Sequence record: SRR20825006_597 | Length of the DNA: 20,000 bases | Reading direction: 5' to 3' (one strand) | Part shown: one piece after another, positions 1 through 9,802 of the stretch | Position numbering within the stretch: the first letter of the stretch is position 1 | Layout: each line of letters begins with the position of its first letter | The notes under the pieces: generated by a model | Seen by the model: the letters and a program-made list of their open reading frames with translations, nothing else | Database searches by the model: none | What the model was told of the DNA's origin: nothing | Made by a program: the position numbers and the translations under genes

Positions 1-203
1 AGACCTGGGGCATTAATTTTGCCGATTATTTTGCCGATGCCCTGTCTGAATGGGTGACATTCGAAGCACAGGGTCTGGTGGCCGTGGAGAAAGGCCGATT
101 GCACATTACCGAAAGCGGGCGTCTGGTCAGCCGGGCCCTGGTGATGCCTTTTGACCGCTATACCCCACGACAGCAACAAAGCCGGTTTAGCCGGATTATT
201 TGA
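1..203 (+). CDS. hemN: Oxygen-independent coproporphyrinogen III oxidase, C-terminal fragment (5' truncated by the window)
   Basis: Frame 3 read by hand: TWGINFADYFADALSEW...ITESGRLVSRALVMPFDRYTPRQQQSRFSRII*, TGA at 201-203. This resembles the HemN C-terminus (..FD.Y...FSR(V/I)I), and hemN-anr adjacency is typical of pseudomonad-like bacteria. Confidence 0.88.
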   Translation, partial: TWGINFADYFADALSEWVTFEAQGLVAVEKGRLHITESGRLVSRALVMPFDRYTPRQQQSRFSRII

Positions 204-274
204 CCTTTATTCTACTATTTTCACTCTATACTCTAAGAGTGACGCTTTACGCAGCGATCAACCGGAGTCAAATC

Positions 275-994
275 GTGTCTCATCATGTTTCCTGCAACGA
301 CTGTAGCCTCAGCCCCATTTGTCTGCCCTTGGCGGTGGCGCCGGCACAGCTGGATCAACTGGACCGCATTATCCACCGTGGCCGCCCACTGAAACGTGGT
401 GATCACCTGTTCCGTGCCGCCGACGGGTTCGATTCCGTCTACGCAGTGCGTTCGGGGGCATTGAAAACCTATGTGGTTAGCGATGATGGCGAAGAACAGG
501 TCACCGGGTTTTACCTGCCCGGTGAAGTGCTGGGCATGGATGGCATCAGCACTGCGCATCATGTTTCCAACGCCAAGGCACTGGAGACCGCTACCGTGTG
601 CGAAATACCCTTCTCTCAGCTGGAAACCCTGTCGCAACAGATTCCCTCACTGCAGCATCATTTTTTCCGCTTGATGAGCAATGAAATTCGGGCAGACCGG
701 GAGCTGCACATGCTGCTGGGCAAGAAAAGTGCAGAAGACCGCGTGGCCTCCCTGTTGCTATCACTGTCAGCCAGACATCAGCGTCGTGGACTAAGCGACA
801 ATATCTTTCGTCTACCTATGTCCCGCTATGACATTGCCAACTACCTCGGCATGGCAGTGGAAACCGTCAGCCGTATTTTTACGCGTTTTCAGCAGCAGCA
901 CTGGCTGCGCGTTACCGGCCGTGAAATTGAAATCCTTGATCGTGCTCGCCTGTGTGGCCAGAACCACGACCCTGCTTTGGAGCTCACACTGTGA
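275..994 (+). CDS. fnr: Fnr/Anr-type [4Fe-4S] oxygen-sensing CRP-family transcriptional regulator
   Basis: N-terminal C-x2-C-x5-C (SCNDCSLSPICLP), internal Cys in TVCEIPF, and HTH motif MSRYDIANYLGMAVETVSR. Start moved to GTG 275 because GGAG lies at 264-267. Confidence 0.95.
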   Translation: MSHHVSCNDCSLSPICLPLAVAPAQLDQLDRIIHRGRPLKRGDHLFRAADGFDSVYAVRSGALKTYVVSDDGEEQVTGFYLPGEVLGMDGISTAHHVSNAKALETATVCEIPFSQLETLSQQIPSLQHHFFRLMSNEIRADRELHMLLGKKSAEDRVASLLLSLSARHQRRGLSDNIFRLPMSRYDIANYLGMAVETVSRIFTRFQQQHWLRVTGREIEILDRARLCGQNHDPALELTL

Positions 995-1923
995 CAGCCC
1001 CCGTCGTCGCGATCCTTGATCGCAATCTTAAAGCCGGCCAACCCGCCCTGAGCAAGGCGCAGCACATCGCGGCTGCGGCCGGGGCACCGTTGAAGATCAT
1101 CGTCAATGCTTATTCTTCCGCCATGGTGCGTGCCGTTGGCATAGATGCCGAACGCCAGCAGGCGGCCAGGCAGCAGATCAGCAAAGCCTGGCACAAACGC
1201 GCCACCGCACTGCTGGGCGAAGACGCAGGAGAGATCCTGGTTCTTTGGGAAAAAGACAGCATGGACGGGCTTCGCAAGGCCATACTGGCTCAGGCTCCGT
1301 CACTGGTGGTGGTGCATACCAGCGACGACAGCGCTCTGCGTCGCCACCTCTTTACCCCACGGGACTGGCAATTAATTCGCAAGGCGCCCTGCCCGGTGCT
1401 TTGCGTTCATAACCGGGAGTGGAATGCCACTCCTCGTATTCTTGCCGCGCTGGATCCGGGCACCGGGGAAGCCTCCGATGACCGGCTCTCTGTGCGGGTG
1501 CTGGAAGGCGCACGCCAACAGGCCGCCTTGCTTGGAGCTCAGCTCACCGCATGCCACGTGCTCGATGAAATGGATGAAGGCCTGATTATGGTGGCGGGCG
1601 AAGCCATTCCGGATTACACCGGCAGCATGGAAAAAGTACGCGCCTACCATCGGGACAATTTCTTTCAGTTCGGGGCCGCCCAGGGGTTGGATCAGGACCA
1701 GTTGGTGACACTGAACGGGCCCATTGCCCATAGCCTGTCCAGCTACTGCGACAAGGAAGATGTGGATCTACTGGTACTGGGTACCGTCCACCGCAACCTG
1801 CCCGAACGGTTACTGCTCGGCTCCACTGCTGAATCCGTGATTACTCGCGCCAATGCCGATGTGCTGGTGATCAAGCCTGACGATTTTCAATCGCCCTGGC
1901 GCGACAATGACGATGATCAATGA
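991..1923 (+). CDS. uspE: Universal stress protein with two USP domains (UspE-like)
   Basis: FTPRDWQLIRKAPCPVLCV and DLLVLGTVHR...LLGSTAESVI...DVLVIKP motifs. The GTG start at 991 overlaps the fnr stop (GTGA), with GGAG upstream. fnr-uspE adjacency is known from other gammaproteobacteria. Confidence 0.85.
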   Translation: MTAPVVAILDRNLKAGQPALSKAQHIAAAAGAPLKIIVNAYSSAMVRAVGIDAERQQAARQQISKAWHKRATALLGEDAGEILVLWEKDSMDGLRKAILAQAPSLVVVHTSDDSALRRHLFTPRDWQLIRKAPCPVLCVHNREWNATPRILAALDPGTGEASDDRLSVRVLEGARQQAALLGAQLTACHVLDEMDEGLIMVAGEAIPDYTGSMEKVRAYHRDNFFQFGAAQGLDQDQLVTLNGPIAHSLSSYCDKEDVDLLVLGTVHRNLPERLLLGSTAESVITRANADVLVIKPDDFQSPWRDNDDDQ

Positions 1924-1944
1924 CGCTCACACTAGAGAGGCTCC

Positions 1945-2250
1945 ATGATGTCAGATAAAAAGGACTTTACCGCCCGCGCCCGTCAGCAACTTGAAGATTG
2001 GGACTATCAACTCGATCGCCTGTCGGCACGGCTGAACGATTTGCGTGATGAATGGCGCGAAGAGGCCCGGGAAAAACTCAACGAAATGAAAGGCCGCCGC
2101 AGTGAATTCGAGGAAAAACTGGAGCGCCTGGAATCCCATGGTGATGACGCCTGGGATGACATCAAGGCCGGGCTTGAAATTGCCTGGGATGGCCTGAAAA
2201 CCGGTTTCCTTGCCGCCAAGAGTGAATTCGAGGACAACAAGAAACATTGA
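1945..2250 (+). CDS. Small charged coiled-coil hypothetical protein
   Basis: 101-aa ORF with AGAGAGG RBS, heptad-like charged helix and a C-terminal AWDDIKAGLEIAWDGLK segment. Co-oriented 21 nt after the USP gene. Confidence 0.8.
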   Translation: MMSDKKDFTARARQQLEDWDYQLDRLSARLNDLRDEWREEAREKLNEMKGRRSEFEEKLERLESHGDDAWDDIKAGLEIAWDGLKTGFLAAKSEFEDNKKH

Positions 2251-2304
2251 GAGCTCATGAACACGATGACGCGGGACCTAGACCGCGTCATCGCTGGGTG
2301 CCGC

Positions 2305-3084
2305 TCAGGCGCCCTGCTCTGCCCTGCGAAACACCGGTTTCAGCGCGGTGGACTCGGACTCACAATAGCGATAGCCCGCCACATCAAACTGTTTCAATTT
2401 GGCCGGATCCTTCAGCCCTTTCCGGATAATCCAGGCAGCCATCAACCCCCGCGCTTTCTTCGCGTAAAAACTGATAACCTTGTACTTGCCGTTTTTTTCG
2501 TCCTGAAAAACGGGCTCGATGATGGTGCCGGCGACATTTTTCTTTTTGACCGACTTGAAGTACTCGTTGGACGCCAGATTCACCAGGGTATCGGTTTTGG
2601 CTGCCTTCATGTCCTTGTTCAGCACGTCGGTAATGGTGTCGCCCCAAAAGGCGTACAAATCCTTGCCGCGAACGTTATCCAGTCGTGTGCCCATTTCCAG
2701 CCGATAAGGCTGCATCAGGTCCAGTGGGCGCAGCACCCCATACAAGCCGGAGAGCATACGGAATCGCGACTGGGCATCATTGAGCTGGTTGTCAGTGAAC
2801 GACTCAATATCCAGACCGGTGTATACATCGCCTTTGAAAGCAAACGCCGCCGGGCGCGCATTTTTCTTGTTGAAGGGGCGAGCCCACAAGGAAAAACGCT
2901 CTGCATTCAGATGGGCAATTTTGTCACTAACACTCATCAGGCTGCTGATATCTGCCGGCGAAAGCTGGCGTGCACGCTCAATCAGCACCTCGCTATCATC
3001 AAGCAAGCGGGGTTGCGTGGCTTTCAGTGCCGGTAATTCACTCTCGTAATCCAGCGTTTTGGCCGGCGAGACAACAATCAACAT
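2305..3084 (-). CDS. yaaA: Peroxide stress protein YaaA (UPF0246)
   Basis: MLIVVSPAKTLDY, FKGDVY, LSGLYGVLRPLDLMQPYRLEMG, NLASNEY and ISFYAKKARG signature motifs; 259 aa. Confidence 0.96.
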   Translation of the reverse strand: MLIVVSPAKTLDYESELPALKATQPRLLDDSEVLIERARQLSPADISSLMSVSDKIAHLNAERFSLWARPFNKKNARPAAFAFKGDVYTGLDIESFTDNQLNDAQSRFRMLSGLYGVLRPLDLMQPYRLEMGTRLDNVRGKDLYAFWGDTITDVLNKDMKAAKTDTLVNLASNEYFKSVKKKNVAGTIIEPVFQDEKNGKYKVISFYAKKARGLMAAWIIRKGLKDPAKLKQFDVAGYRYCESESTALKPVFRRAEQGA

Positions 3085-3113
3085 GCCCTTCTCCTTTACA
3101 TATGCCTGCTGGG

Positions 3114-3119
3114 ATTATA
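3114..3119 (-). promoter_or_regulatory. Putative sigma70 -10 element (TATAAT) for yaaA
   Basis: ATTATA on the + strand reads TATAAT on the - strand, about 30 nt upstream of the yaaA ATG. The -35 match is weak. Confidence 0.4.
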
Positions 3120-3158
3120 TGAATCAGGAAAGGTCAGGTCTGCATCTGTGGAGGATAA

Positions 3159-3641
3159 ATGCGCCTATTGCTTGTATTAACTGTGGTTATCGCGGTCTCT
3201 GCCCTGTTATGGGGGAGCTGGCAATGGGGCCGGCGTCCGTTTTTGCTGATCGCCAGTCTGGTGATGGCCGGTCTGATCGTGCTGGCCGTCGGTGTCTGGC
3301 AAGGCGGCAAGGATGATCAGGTGTATTTGCCACCCAAGGGGGTGGAGCTGGCCCTTTCGGAAATTCGAGACTCGGAATCCGGCGTGCGCCTCAGCGGGAC
3401 GGTTCGCAATGAAGGCAAGCAGGATGTTGCCGCACTTTCACTGCAGGCACAGGCGCTGCATTGCCAGTCAGCGGAGGATTGTCAGGTCATTTATCAGCAG
3501 CCCATTACTCTGCAGATGTATCTACCTCGCGGCAGTGAATATCAGTTTGCGGTTGTAAGCCGTCACCCGGAGGAAAAAACGCGGGTGGATCGCTGGCAAC
3601 TACAGGTAGTGGAAAAGCTGGCCTACCCGGAACAGGAATAA
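3159..3641 (+). CDS. Hypothetical membrane-anchored protein (two N-terminal hydrophobic helices plus a beta-rich soluble domain)
   Basis: GGAGGA RBS, two hydrophobic segments, then a beta-strand-like domain (VRLSGTVRNEGKQDV) containing a Cys pair. Confidence 0.75.
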   Translation: MRLLLVLTVVIAVSALLWGSWQWGRRPFLLIASLVMAGLIVLAVGVWQGGKDDQVYLPPKGVELALSEIRDSESGVRLSGTVRNEGKQDVAALSLQAQALHCQSAEDCQVIYQQPITLQMYLPRGSEYQFAVVSRHPEEKTRVDRWQLQVVEKLAYPEQE

Positions 3642-3714
3642 GGCGCGCGAGACCGGGCTGGCATGATCTGGCATGAATCGTCACAATGCGGCTTCCAAAC
3701 TCCCAGGAGTCATT

Positions 3715-4548
3715 ATGGCATCACTGATTCCCGGCCAGCTCACCCCCATCGGCGACCACGCCTGGCGGGTACTGGCGCGCAACCCGGGCATGATGACCGG
3801 GCCAGGCACCAACAGTTATTTGTTTGGCAGGGACAGCCTTACCGTTATTGACCCCGGTCCGGAAGACCAGGAGCATCTGCAGGCCCTATTGCAGGCCGCC
3901 CGCACTCTGGACAAGCCGATCACCCAGGTCATCGTCACGCACACTCACCGTGACCATTCTCCGGGTGCACTGGCTCTGGTGGCCGCCACAGGCGCCCGCT
4001 GCCTGGGCCCCTCTGTGCCGGATGACGGACTCCAGGATGAAAGCTGGAATGCGGATCGACTGCTGGGTGAAGGTGATACGGTGGACTGTGGCGGCGTCAG
4101 CCTCACCGCCATTGAAACCCCTGGTCATGTAGGCAACCACCTCTGCTACCTGAGCGAACAGGGTTTGCTGTTCACCGGCGACCACCTGATTCAGGGCTCC
4201 ACCGTGGTCATCGCCCCCCCTTCAGGTTCCATGCAGGCGTACTTTGCGTCACTGAGAAAACTGCAGAATCGAGGCATCACCCTGATGGCTCCCGGCCACG
4301 GCGATGTAATCAGCCAGCCGGAGGACACCCTCTCCCAGACCCTGGCTCACCGCCAGAAGCGCGAAGACAAGGTCGTTGACTGCCTGACGGCAACAGCTCA
4401 GCCGTTGGCAACTCTGGTAACGGCGGTGTATGACGATGTACCGGTTTTTTTGCACGGCGTGGCACAGCTTTCGCTGAGCGCACATTTGATCAAGCTTGCC
4501 GCAGAAGGCAAGGCATCTGAAGCGGCGGGCGGCTGGGCGTTGCCCTGA
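3715..4548 (+). CDS. MBL-fold metallo-hydrolase (LACTB2-like)
   Basis: NPGMMTGPGTNSY, HxHxDH (THTHRDH), TPGH, FTGDH and PGHG motifs. ATG 3715 is preceded by AGGAG. Confidence 0.9.
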   Translation: MASLIPGQLTPIGDHAWRVLARNPGMMTGPGTNSYLFGRDSLTVIDPGPEDQEHLQALLQAARTLDKPITQVIVTHTHRDHSPGALALVAATGARCLGPSVPDDGLQDESWNADRLLGEGDTVDCGGVSLTAIETPGHVGNHLCYLSEQGLLFTGDHLIQGSTVVIAPPSGSMQAYFASLRKLQNRGITLMAPGHGDVISQPEDTLSQTLAHRQKREDKVVDCLTATAQPLATLVTAVYDDVPVFLHGVAQLSLSAHLIKLAAEGKASEAAGGWALP

Positions 4549-4600
4549 CGCCCGACGCCGCGTTTCATCAAAGATCAGGACCAAAGGTCAGGCCACCCCC

Positions 4601-5551
4601 CTATAACCAGCCTTTTCGTTTGAAATACCAGTACGGTGCCATGCCGGACAACACCATCAACCCAATAGCCATCGGATACCCAAAACGGAAATCCAGCTCG
4701 GGCATGATCTCGAAGTTCATCCCGTAAATGCTGGCAATCATGGTGGGCGGCAGGAACACCACCGCTGCGATGGAAAAGATCTTGATGATCTGGTTCTGCT
4801 GGATATTGATGAAGCCCTGGGCTGCATCCATCAGGAAGTTGATCTTGTCGAACAGAAAGGTGGTGTGTGACAACAGGGTATCCAGGTCGTGCTGGATTTC
4901 CGCACAGGTACGCCGGCGCACCTTGTCCGATCGCACATAGCGCTGAATAAACGAGATGGATCGCTGGGTGTCCATCAGGCACAGGCGGATTTTCCCGTTG
5001 GTGTCTTCCAGCTGTGCCAGGCGTTCAATGTCCTCTTCCAGCTCCCCGTTTTCCTCTTCAAGCACGCTATAGCCGACTTTTTCCAGGTCCCGGTGCACGT
5101 CTTCCAAAGCATCCGCCAGGTTTTCCACTTTCTGGTCGAGAATACTCAGCAGGATATCCAGGGGTTGCGATACCTTGACCCAGCCGCGCCGAACTCGCAG
5201 GCGCAGCAAGCGGAAATCCGGCAACCGGGAATCACGGAACGAAAGCAGCCGCCCCTCCTGCACCACAAAGGCCACCGTGGAAGTCCGGGCACGGCCTTCT
5301 GACTGGAACAGGAACAGGGAGTGAACGTGGAGCCCCTGCTCATCGCTGAAAAAGCGGGCCGAAGCTTCAATTTCTTCCATGTCGTCGGAATCTGGCAGCT
5401 CGGCCTGAAGAAATTGCTGGACCAGATTCCGCTCGTCTTCCTCGGCATCAACCAGGTCGATCCAGCTGCCGTCTTCTGCCAGCGACGGCATGATGGTATC
5501 CACATCCTTTTCGCGCAGAACACCATTTTCGATTCGAAAGATATGCAGCAT
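4601..5551 (-). CDS. corA: Magnesium/cobalt transporter CorA
   Basis: EEIEASARFF, QQNQIIKIFSIAAVVFLPPT, YGMNF and MPEL motifs. ATG at 5551 gives 316 aa; the longer ORF-track start overlaps the divergent gene. Confidence 0.96.
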   Translation of the reverse strand: MLHIFRIENGVLREKDVDTIMPSLAEDGSWIDLVDAEEDERNLVQQFLQAELPDSDDMEEIEASARFFSDEQGLHVHSLFLFQSEGRARTSTVAFVVQEGRLLSFRDSRLPDFRLLRLRVRRGWVKVSQPLDILLSILDQKVENLADALEDVHRDLEKVGYSVLEEENGELEEDIERLAQLEDTNGKIRLCLMDTQRSISFIQRYVRSDKVRRRTCAEIQHDLDTLLSHTTFLFDKINFLMDAAQGFINIQQNQIIKIFSIAAVVFLPPTMIASIYGMNFEIMPELDFRFGYPMAIGLMVLSGMAPYWYFKRKGWL

Positions 5552-5606
5552 GATGTTTCCCTGATCATCCTCGCCGGCAGCGGCCGGCAATCTTTGTAGA
5601 GCCGTT

Positions 5607-6254
5607 ATGTGTTTACCGACAACCGGGCCCCAGGCTCGGCAAACTGCTTCTCTTATCGACCTGAGCAGCGATGCGCAGCTGCATCGCTGGGCGGGTTTGA
5701 TGGGGCCATCGCAAGCAGACCACCTGCTGGCTACGTTAAGCCAGACTCTGGATTGGCAACAACCCAAGATTACCGTGTATGGGCGGCAGCACCCAGTCCC
5801 GCGGTTAACCGCCTGGCATGGCGATACCGGGCTGCGCTATCGCTATTCCGGGCATACGCACACGGCAACGGGCTGGCCTGCCGGGCTATTGCCGGCCAAG
5901 GCCGCGATCGAACGCGTCACCGGCAAAACCTTCAACAGCGTGCTGGCCAATCTGTACCGTAATGGTGACGACTGCATGGGCTACCACAGCGATAACGAGC
6001 CGGAGCTGGGCCATGCGCCCTGGGTGGCGTCCTACAATCTTGGTGCCTGCCGCGAATTGACCTTCCGGCCGAAAGGCCCGGGCAGTCAGCGCCAGTGCCT
6101 GAGTGTGCCACTTCATCATGACGATCTTTTGTTGATGTCACCGGGCGTACAGGCCGGCTTTGAGCATGCCCTGCCCCGCCGCCGCAACCGGCCTGACCCG
6201 CGCATCAACCTGACCTTCCGCTATATCGTCCCTGACCAGACCCCGGATCTTTGA
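5607..6254 (+). CDS. AlkB-family 2-oxoglutarate/Fe(II) dioxygenase (ALKBH2/3-like alkylation repair)
   Basis: PRLTAWHG, YRYSG, FNSVLANLYRNG, HxD (HSDNE), distal His (FEHALP) and RINLTFR. The exact start is uncertain because the RBS is weak. Confidence 0.9.
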   Translation: MCLPTTGPQARQTASLIDLSSDAQLHRWAGLMGPSQADHLLATLSQTLDWQQPKITVYGRQHPVPRLTAWHGDTGLRYRYSGHTHTATGWPAGLLPAKAAIERVTGKTFNSVLANLYRNGDDCMGYHSDNEPELGHAPWVASYNLGACRELTFRPKGPGSQRQCLSVPLHHDDLLLMSPGVQAGFEHALPRRRNRPDPRINLTFRYIVPDQTPDL

Positions 6255-6280
6255 AGCAGCGTCCTGTTTCACCACGGCGT

Positions 6281-7504
6281 TCAGGCAAAAAACAGGTAAC
6301 TCAGGAAAATAGCGCTGACCAGCCCGGCGGCATCTGCCGCCAGCCCACACCACAGCGCATAGCGGAAATCACGAATCCCTACACTGCCGAAATACACGGT
6401 CAACACATAAAAGGTGGTTTCCGTAGAGCCCTGCATCACCGCCGCCATCCGCCCAGCCAGCGAATCCACGCCATGGGTCTGCATTACATCCACCATGGCG
6501 GCCCGCGCCCCGGAACCACTCAAGGGTTTAAGCAGCGCTACGGGCAGGGCATCCACAAAGCGGGTATCCAGCCCAAGCGCGCCAACCCCGCTGCGAATGC
6601 CGTCCAGAAACAAGCCCAGCACGCCCCCGGCTCGAAGCATGGCAATGGCCGCCAGCATGGCCACCAGGTAAGGAATAATTTTTACCGCAAGGGTGAAGCC
6701 CTCCTTTGCCCCCTCGACAAAAGCATCGTAGCTATCCACACCGGACCGCCAGGCGGCGATAAAGAACACACTCAAGACAAGCAGAAGAATGCCGTTACCC
6801 AGCAGGCTGGCGAACGTGTTGGCGGCCTCTGCCGGGGCCAGTAACACAACGGCGCCAAGCAAACCCAGAACCGCCAGCCAGACGCCCATTACCGTGAGCA
6901 ATAGAGGGCTGGCCAGGGGAAGCTTTTGCACCCTGGCGGTAACAATCACGCCTACCAGGGTGGAAATGGTGGTTGCCATCAGCAAAGGCAGGTACACCAG
7001 CGCCGGATCTTCTGCGCCTTGCTGAGCGCGAAAAAGAAGTACTGTGACCGGAACCAGGGTCACCGATGACGTATTGAGCACCAGAAACATAATCTGGCTG
7101 TTAGTGGCGCTGCGCGGGGACGGATTGTCTTTCTGGAGTGACTCCATGGCTTTGAGGCCCAGTGGCGTCGCGGCGTTATCCAGCCCCAGCATATTGGCCG
7201 CGAGATTCATGGATACCGGAGCAGCCGCCTCCGGAGTTCGGGCAATACCTGGCATGACACGGGCCAGCAACGGCGTCACCCAGCCGGACACCCGATCAGC
7301 CAGCCGGCTGGCTTCCGCCAGCCGAAACAGGCCACTCCACAGGGCCAGCACCCCGACCAGCCCCAGGCTCACCTCCACCGCCAAGTCAGCGGATTCCCAC
7401 AGGGCATTGATAAGACGCCCTGGTGCCTCCATGTCCCCGGCCATGAGCTGGATCACAGCCCCGGCGATACCCGCCAGGAAAAACAGGCTAAACAGTCTGT
7501 GCAA
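6281..7504 (-). CDS. Fused SpmA/SpmB-like membrane protein (nucleoside-recognition Gate domains)
   Basis: NLAANMLGLDNAATPLGLKAM (SpmA-like) plus LKPLSGSGA and GSTETTFYV (SpmB-like); many TM segments. TTG start with GGGAG upstream. Confidence 0.9.
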   Translation of the reverse strand: MHRLFSLFFLAGIAGAVIQLMAGDMEAPGRLINALWESADLAVEVSLGLVGVLALWSGLFRLAEASRLADRVSGWVTPLLARVMPGIARTPEAAAPVSMNLAANMLGLDNAATPLGLKAMESLQKDNPSPRSATNSQIMFLVLNTSSVTLVPVTVLLFRAQQGAEDPALVYLPLLMATTISTLVGVIVTARVQKLPLASPLLLTVMGVWLAVLGLLGAVVLLAPAEAANTFASLLGNGILLLVLSVFFIAAWRSGVDSYDAFVEGAKEGFTLAVKIIPYLVAMLAAIAMLRAGGVLGLFLDGIRSGVGALGLDTRFVDALPVALLKPLSGSGARAAMVDVMQTHGVDSLAGRMAAVMQGSTETTFYVLTVYFGSVGIRDFRYALWCGLAADAAGLVSAIFLSYLFFA

Positions 7505-7614
7505 AGTATCTCCCGTGCGCTAGGGTCATAGAATTACGCCGATAGACGGCGCCAGGCACTGCAACTTCGTGCCATCACGATAGTCTACACCGATAGCCGG
7601 CGATTCAACCCTGA

Positions 7615-7643
7615 ATGACCGCTCCCGGGCTGTCGGCTATACT
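7615..7643 (+). promoter_or_regulatory. Putative sigma70/RpoS-type promoter of prc (ATGACC-N17-TATACT)
   Basis: ATGACC at 7615-7620, 17-nt spacer, TATACT at 7638-7643. Confidence 0.5.
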
Positions 7644-7667
7644 GAAAAAAACTGTTTGAGAGCCAGT

Positions 7668-9776
7668 ATGTCATTACTCCGTAAGCTGTTCCCTCTTGCA
7701 CTTGCCCTGTTGCTGCTGGGCGGGGCAATCAAAGGCGGCGGCGCCCTTCACGACTCATCGCCGGATATTCAGGGCGACCTGAAGCCGACGGAAGAGCAAC
7801 TGGAAGCGGCTGAAGAAATTGCTGACAAGCTCAAGTATCACTATCGCCAGCTCGATTTCGATGATCAGCTTTCCGAACAGGTACTGCAGCGCTACCTGAA
7901 AGACCTGGATCCCAATCGCCTGTATTTCCTGGCGTCCGACATCAAGGACTTTCAGCGCTATAACGAAATCCTGGATGACCAGCTGCGCAAGGGCCAACTG
8001 GAAGGCGGCTACACCATTTTCAATCGCTTCCAGCAGCGCCTGGAAGAGCGCCTGACCTGGTCACTGGAGACCATTGCCAATGACCTGGATTCACTGACAT
8101 TCGATAGCGAAGAATCCGTCCGTGTAGATCGTGAAGATGCCCCCTGGGCGAAAGACAAGGCGGCACTGGATGAAATCTGGCAGCGCCAGCTGAAAAATGC
8201 GGTGCTGTCCATGCGCCTCAATGATTCCAGTGCCGAAGATATCCAAACGCGACTCACCCGCCGTTACGAGAGCCAGCTGAAGCGCATCAAGCAGAACACG
8301 CCTGAGGATGTGTTTCAGGTGTACATGAACGCCCTGACACAGACGTTTGATCCTCACACTACCTATTTCACTCCGCACAACTCGAAAAACTTCGACATCA
8401 GCATGAGCCGCTCACTGGAAGGCATTGGTGCGGTGCTACAGTACGAAGACGGCTACACCAAAGTGGTGCGGCTGGTTCCCGGTGGCCCGGCGGCCAAGGG
8501 CGGCCAACTGAAGCCTGCGGATCGTATTGTCGGCGTGTCCCAGGATGAAGAAGAGCCGGTGCCGGTGATCGGCCTGCGCCTGGATGAAGTCGTCGACCAG
8601 ATCCGTGGCCCAAAGGGCACCAAGGTGAACCTGGAAATCATTCCAGCAGGTAGCGCCAGCGAGCATGACACCCGCACAATCACAATTGTCCGCAACAAGG
8701 TGGTGCTGGAAGAACAGGCCGCCAAGAAAGACATTATCCACGTTGATCGCAATGGTCAGGACCTGAAACTGGGCATCATCGAAATACCCGCGTTCTACCT
8801 GGACTTCGATGCCTACCACCGTGGCGATCCGAAATACACCAGCACCACCAGCGATGTCGCCAAACTGTTGGTCGAGCTGCGCAAGGAGAATATCGATGGC
8901 CTGGTCATCGACCTGCGCAATAACGGCGGTGGTTCGCTGCTGGAAGTGAACAAGCTGGTCAGCCTGTTTATCAACCGGGGCCCGACGGTGCAGGTTCGTG
9001 AGTCCAACGGCCGGGTCAGTGTTGAAGGTGACAAATTCCCCGGCGTACTCTTTGCCGGCCCCATGGCGGTTATGGTGAACCGCTACAGTGCCTCGGCATC
9101 AGAAATTTTTGCCGGCGCCATGCAGGACTATGGCCGCGCACTGATTGTCGGCGACCAGACATACGGCAAAGGCACGGTGCAAACCCTGCTGGACCTCAAT
9201 CATGGCAAGCTGAAGATGACCAATGCCAAGTTCTATCGGGTGTCGGGCTCCAGCAACCAGAACCTGGGCATTGTGCCGGATGTGGATTTGCCCTCCCTGG
9301 TCGACAAGGACGACGTGGGGGAAAGCTCCCTGCCCAACGCCCTGCCCTGGGATGAAATCAAATCGGCCAATTTCCAGCGTGTCACCGATCTGGTGCCCTT
9401 CCTGCCCCAGTTGCGTCAACGCCATGAAGAACGCACGGATAGCGACCCGGAATTTATTTACGTGCACTCCCTGCGTAAATTGCTCGACGTGAACCGCAAC
9501 CGCACGGAACTCTCGCTGAACGAGAAAGCCCGCACTCAAATGCAGACGCAATTCGATAAAGAGCGCCTGGCCATCGAAAACAGCCGTCGTCAGGCCCGCG
9601 ATGAAGATCCCCTTGAGAGCATCAAGGAGCTGCGCACCCTGGAAGAACAGCGGGCGCTGGATCCGGAAAGCCATGATGAAGCCATGGACGAAGACCCCTA
9701 CGTTCGCGAAACCGGAGAAATTCTGGTGGATTACATGGATTTGCTGCGGGAAAACCAGGTTGCCCGCAAAGGCTGA
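7668..9776 (+). CDS. prc: Carboxy-terminal processing (tail-specific) protease, S41A family
   Basis: N-terminal hydrophobic signal, DPHTTY, PDZ domain (LEGIGAVL...IRGPKGT), DLRNNGGG, SASASEIFAGAMQDYGR and TYGKGTVQ. Start is ATG 7668 or TTG 7656. Confidence 0.95.
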   Translation: MSLLRKLFPLALALLLLGGAIKGGGALHDSSPDIQGDLKPTEEQLEAAEEIADKLKYHYRQLDFDDQLSEQVLQRYLKDLDPNRLYFLASDIKDFQRYNEILDDQLRKGQLEGGYTIFNRFQQRLEERLTWSLETIANDLDSLTFDSEESVRVDREDAPWAKDKAALDEIWQRQLKNAVLSMRLNDSSAEDIQTRLTRRYESQLKRIKQNTPEDVFQVYMNALTQTFDPHTTYFTPHNSKNFDISMSRSLEGIGAVLQYEDGYTKVVRLVPGGPAAKGGQLKPADRIVGVSQDEEEPVPVIGLRLDEVVDQIRGPKGTKVNLEIIPAGSASEHDTRTITIVRNKVVLEEQAAKKDIIHVDRNGQDLKLGIIEIPAFYLDFDAYHRGDPKYTSTTSDVAKLLVELRKENIDGLVIDLRNNGGGSLLEVNKLVSLFINRGPTVQVRESNGRVSVEGDKFPGVLFAGPMAVMVNRYSASASEIFAGAMQDYGRALIVGDQTYGKGTVQTLLDLNHGKLKMTNAKFYRVSGSSNQNLGIVPDVDLPSLVDKDDVGESSLPNALPWDEIKSANFQRVTDLVPFLPQLRQRHEERTDSDPEFIYVHSLRKLLDVNRNRTELSLNEKARTQMQTQFDKERLAIENSRRQARDEDPLESIKELRTLEEQRALDPESHDEAMDEDPYVRETGEILVDYMDLLRENQVARKG

Positions 9777-9802
9777 TTTCAGCCAACGCACGAACCATGG
9801 AA

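Noticed and set aside
1016..1029. FNR-box-like TTGAT-CGCA-ATCTT
   Set aside because: Two mismatches in the right half-site and it lies inside the uspE coding sequence. TTGAC at 200-204 likewise lacks a matching half-site.
5552..5767. N-terminal extension of CorA in the ORF track (similarly Fnr 200-274, UspE 952-990, DUF481 17662-17736)
   Set aside because: The extensions overlap neighbouring genes or lack an RBS, and internal starts give family-typical lengths.
5607..6254. AlkB as an alkane hydroxylase
   Set aside because: The motifs are those of the 2OG-Fe(II) DNA-repair AlkB family, not the membrane di-iron alkane monooxygenase.
7560..7574. Sigma54-like TGGCACGAAGTTGCA on the - strand upstream of the SpmAB-like gene
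   Set aside because: GG-to-GC spacing is 9 nt; sigma54 strictly requires 10.
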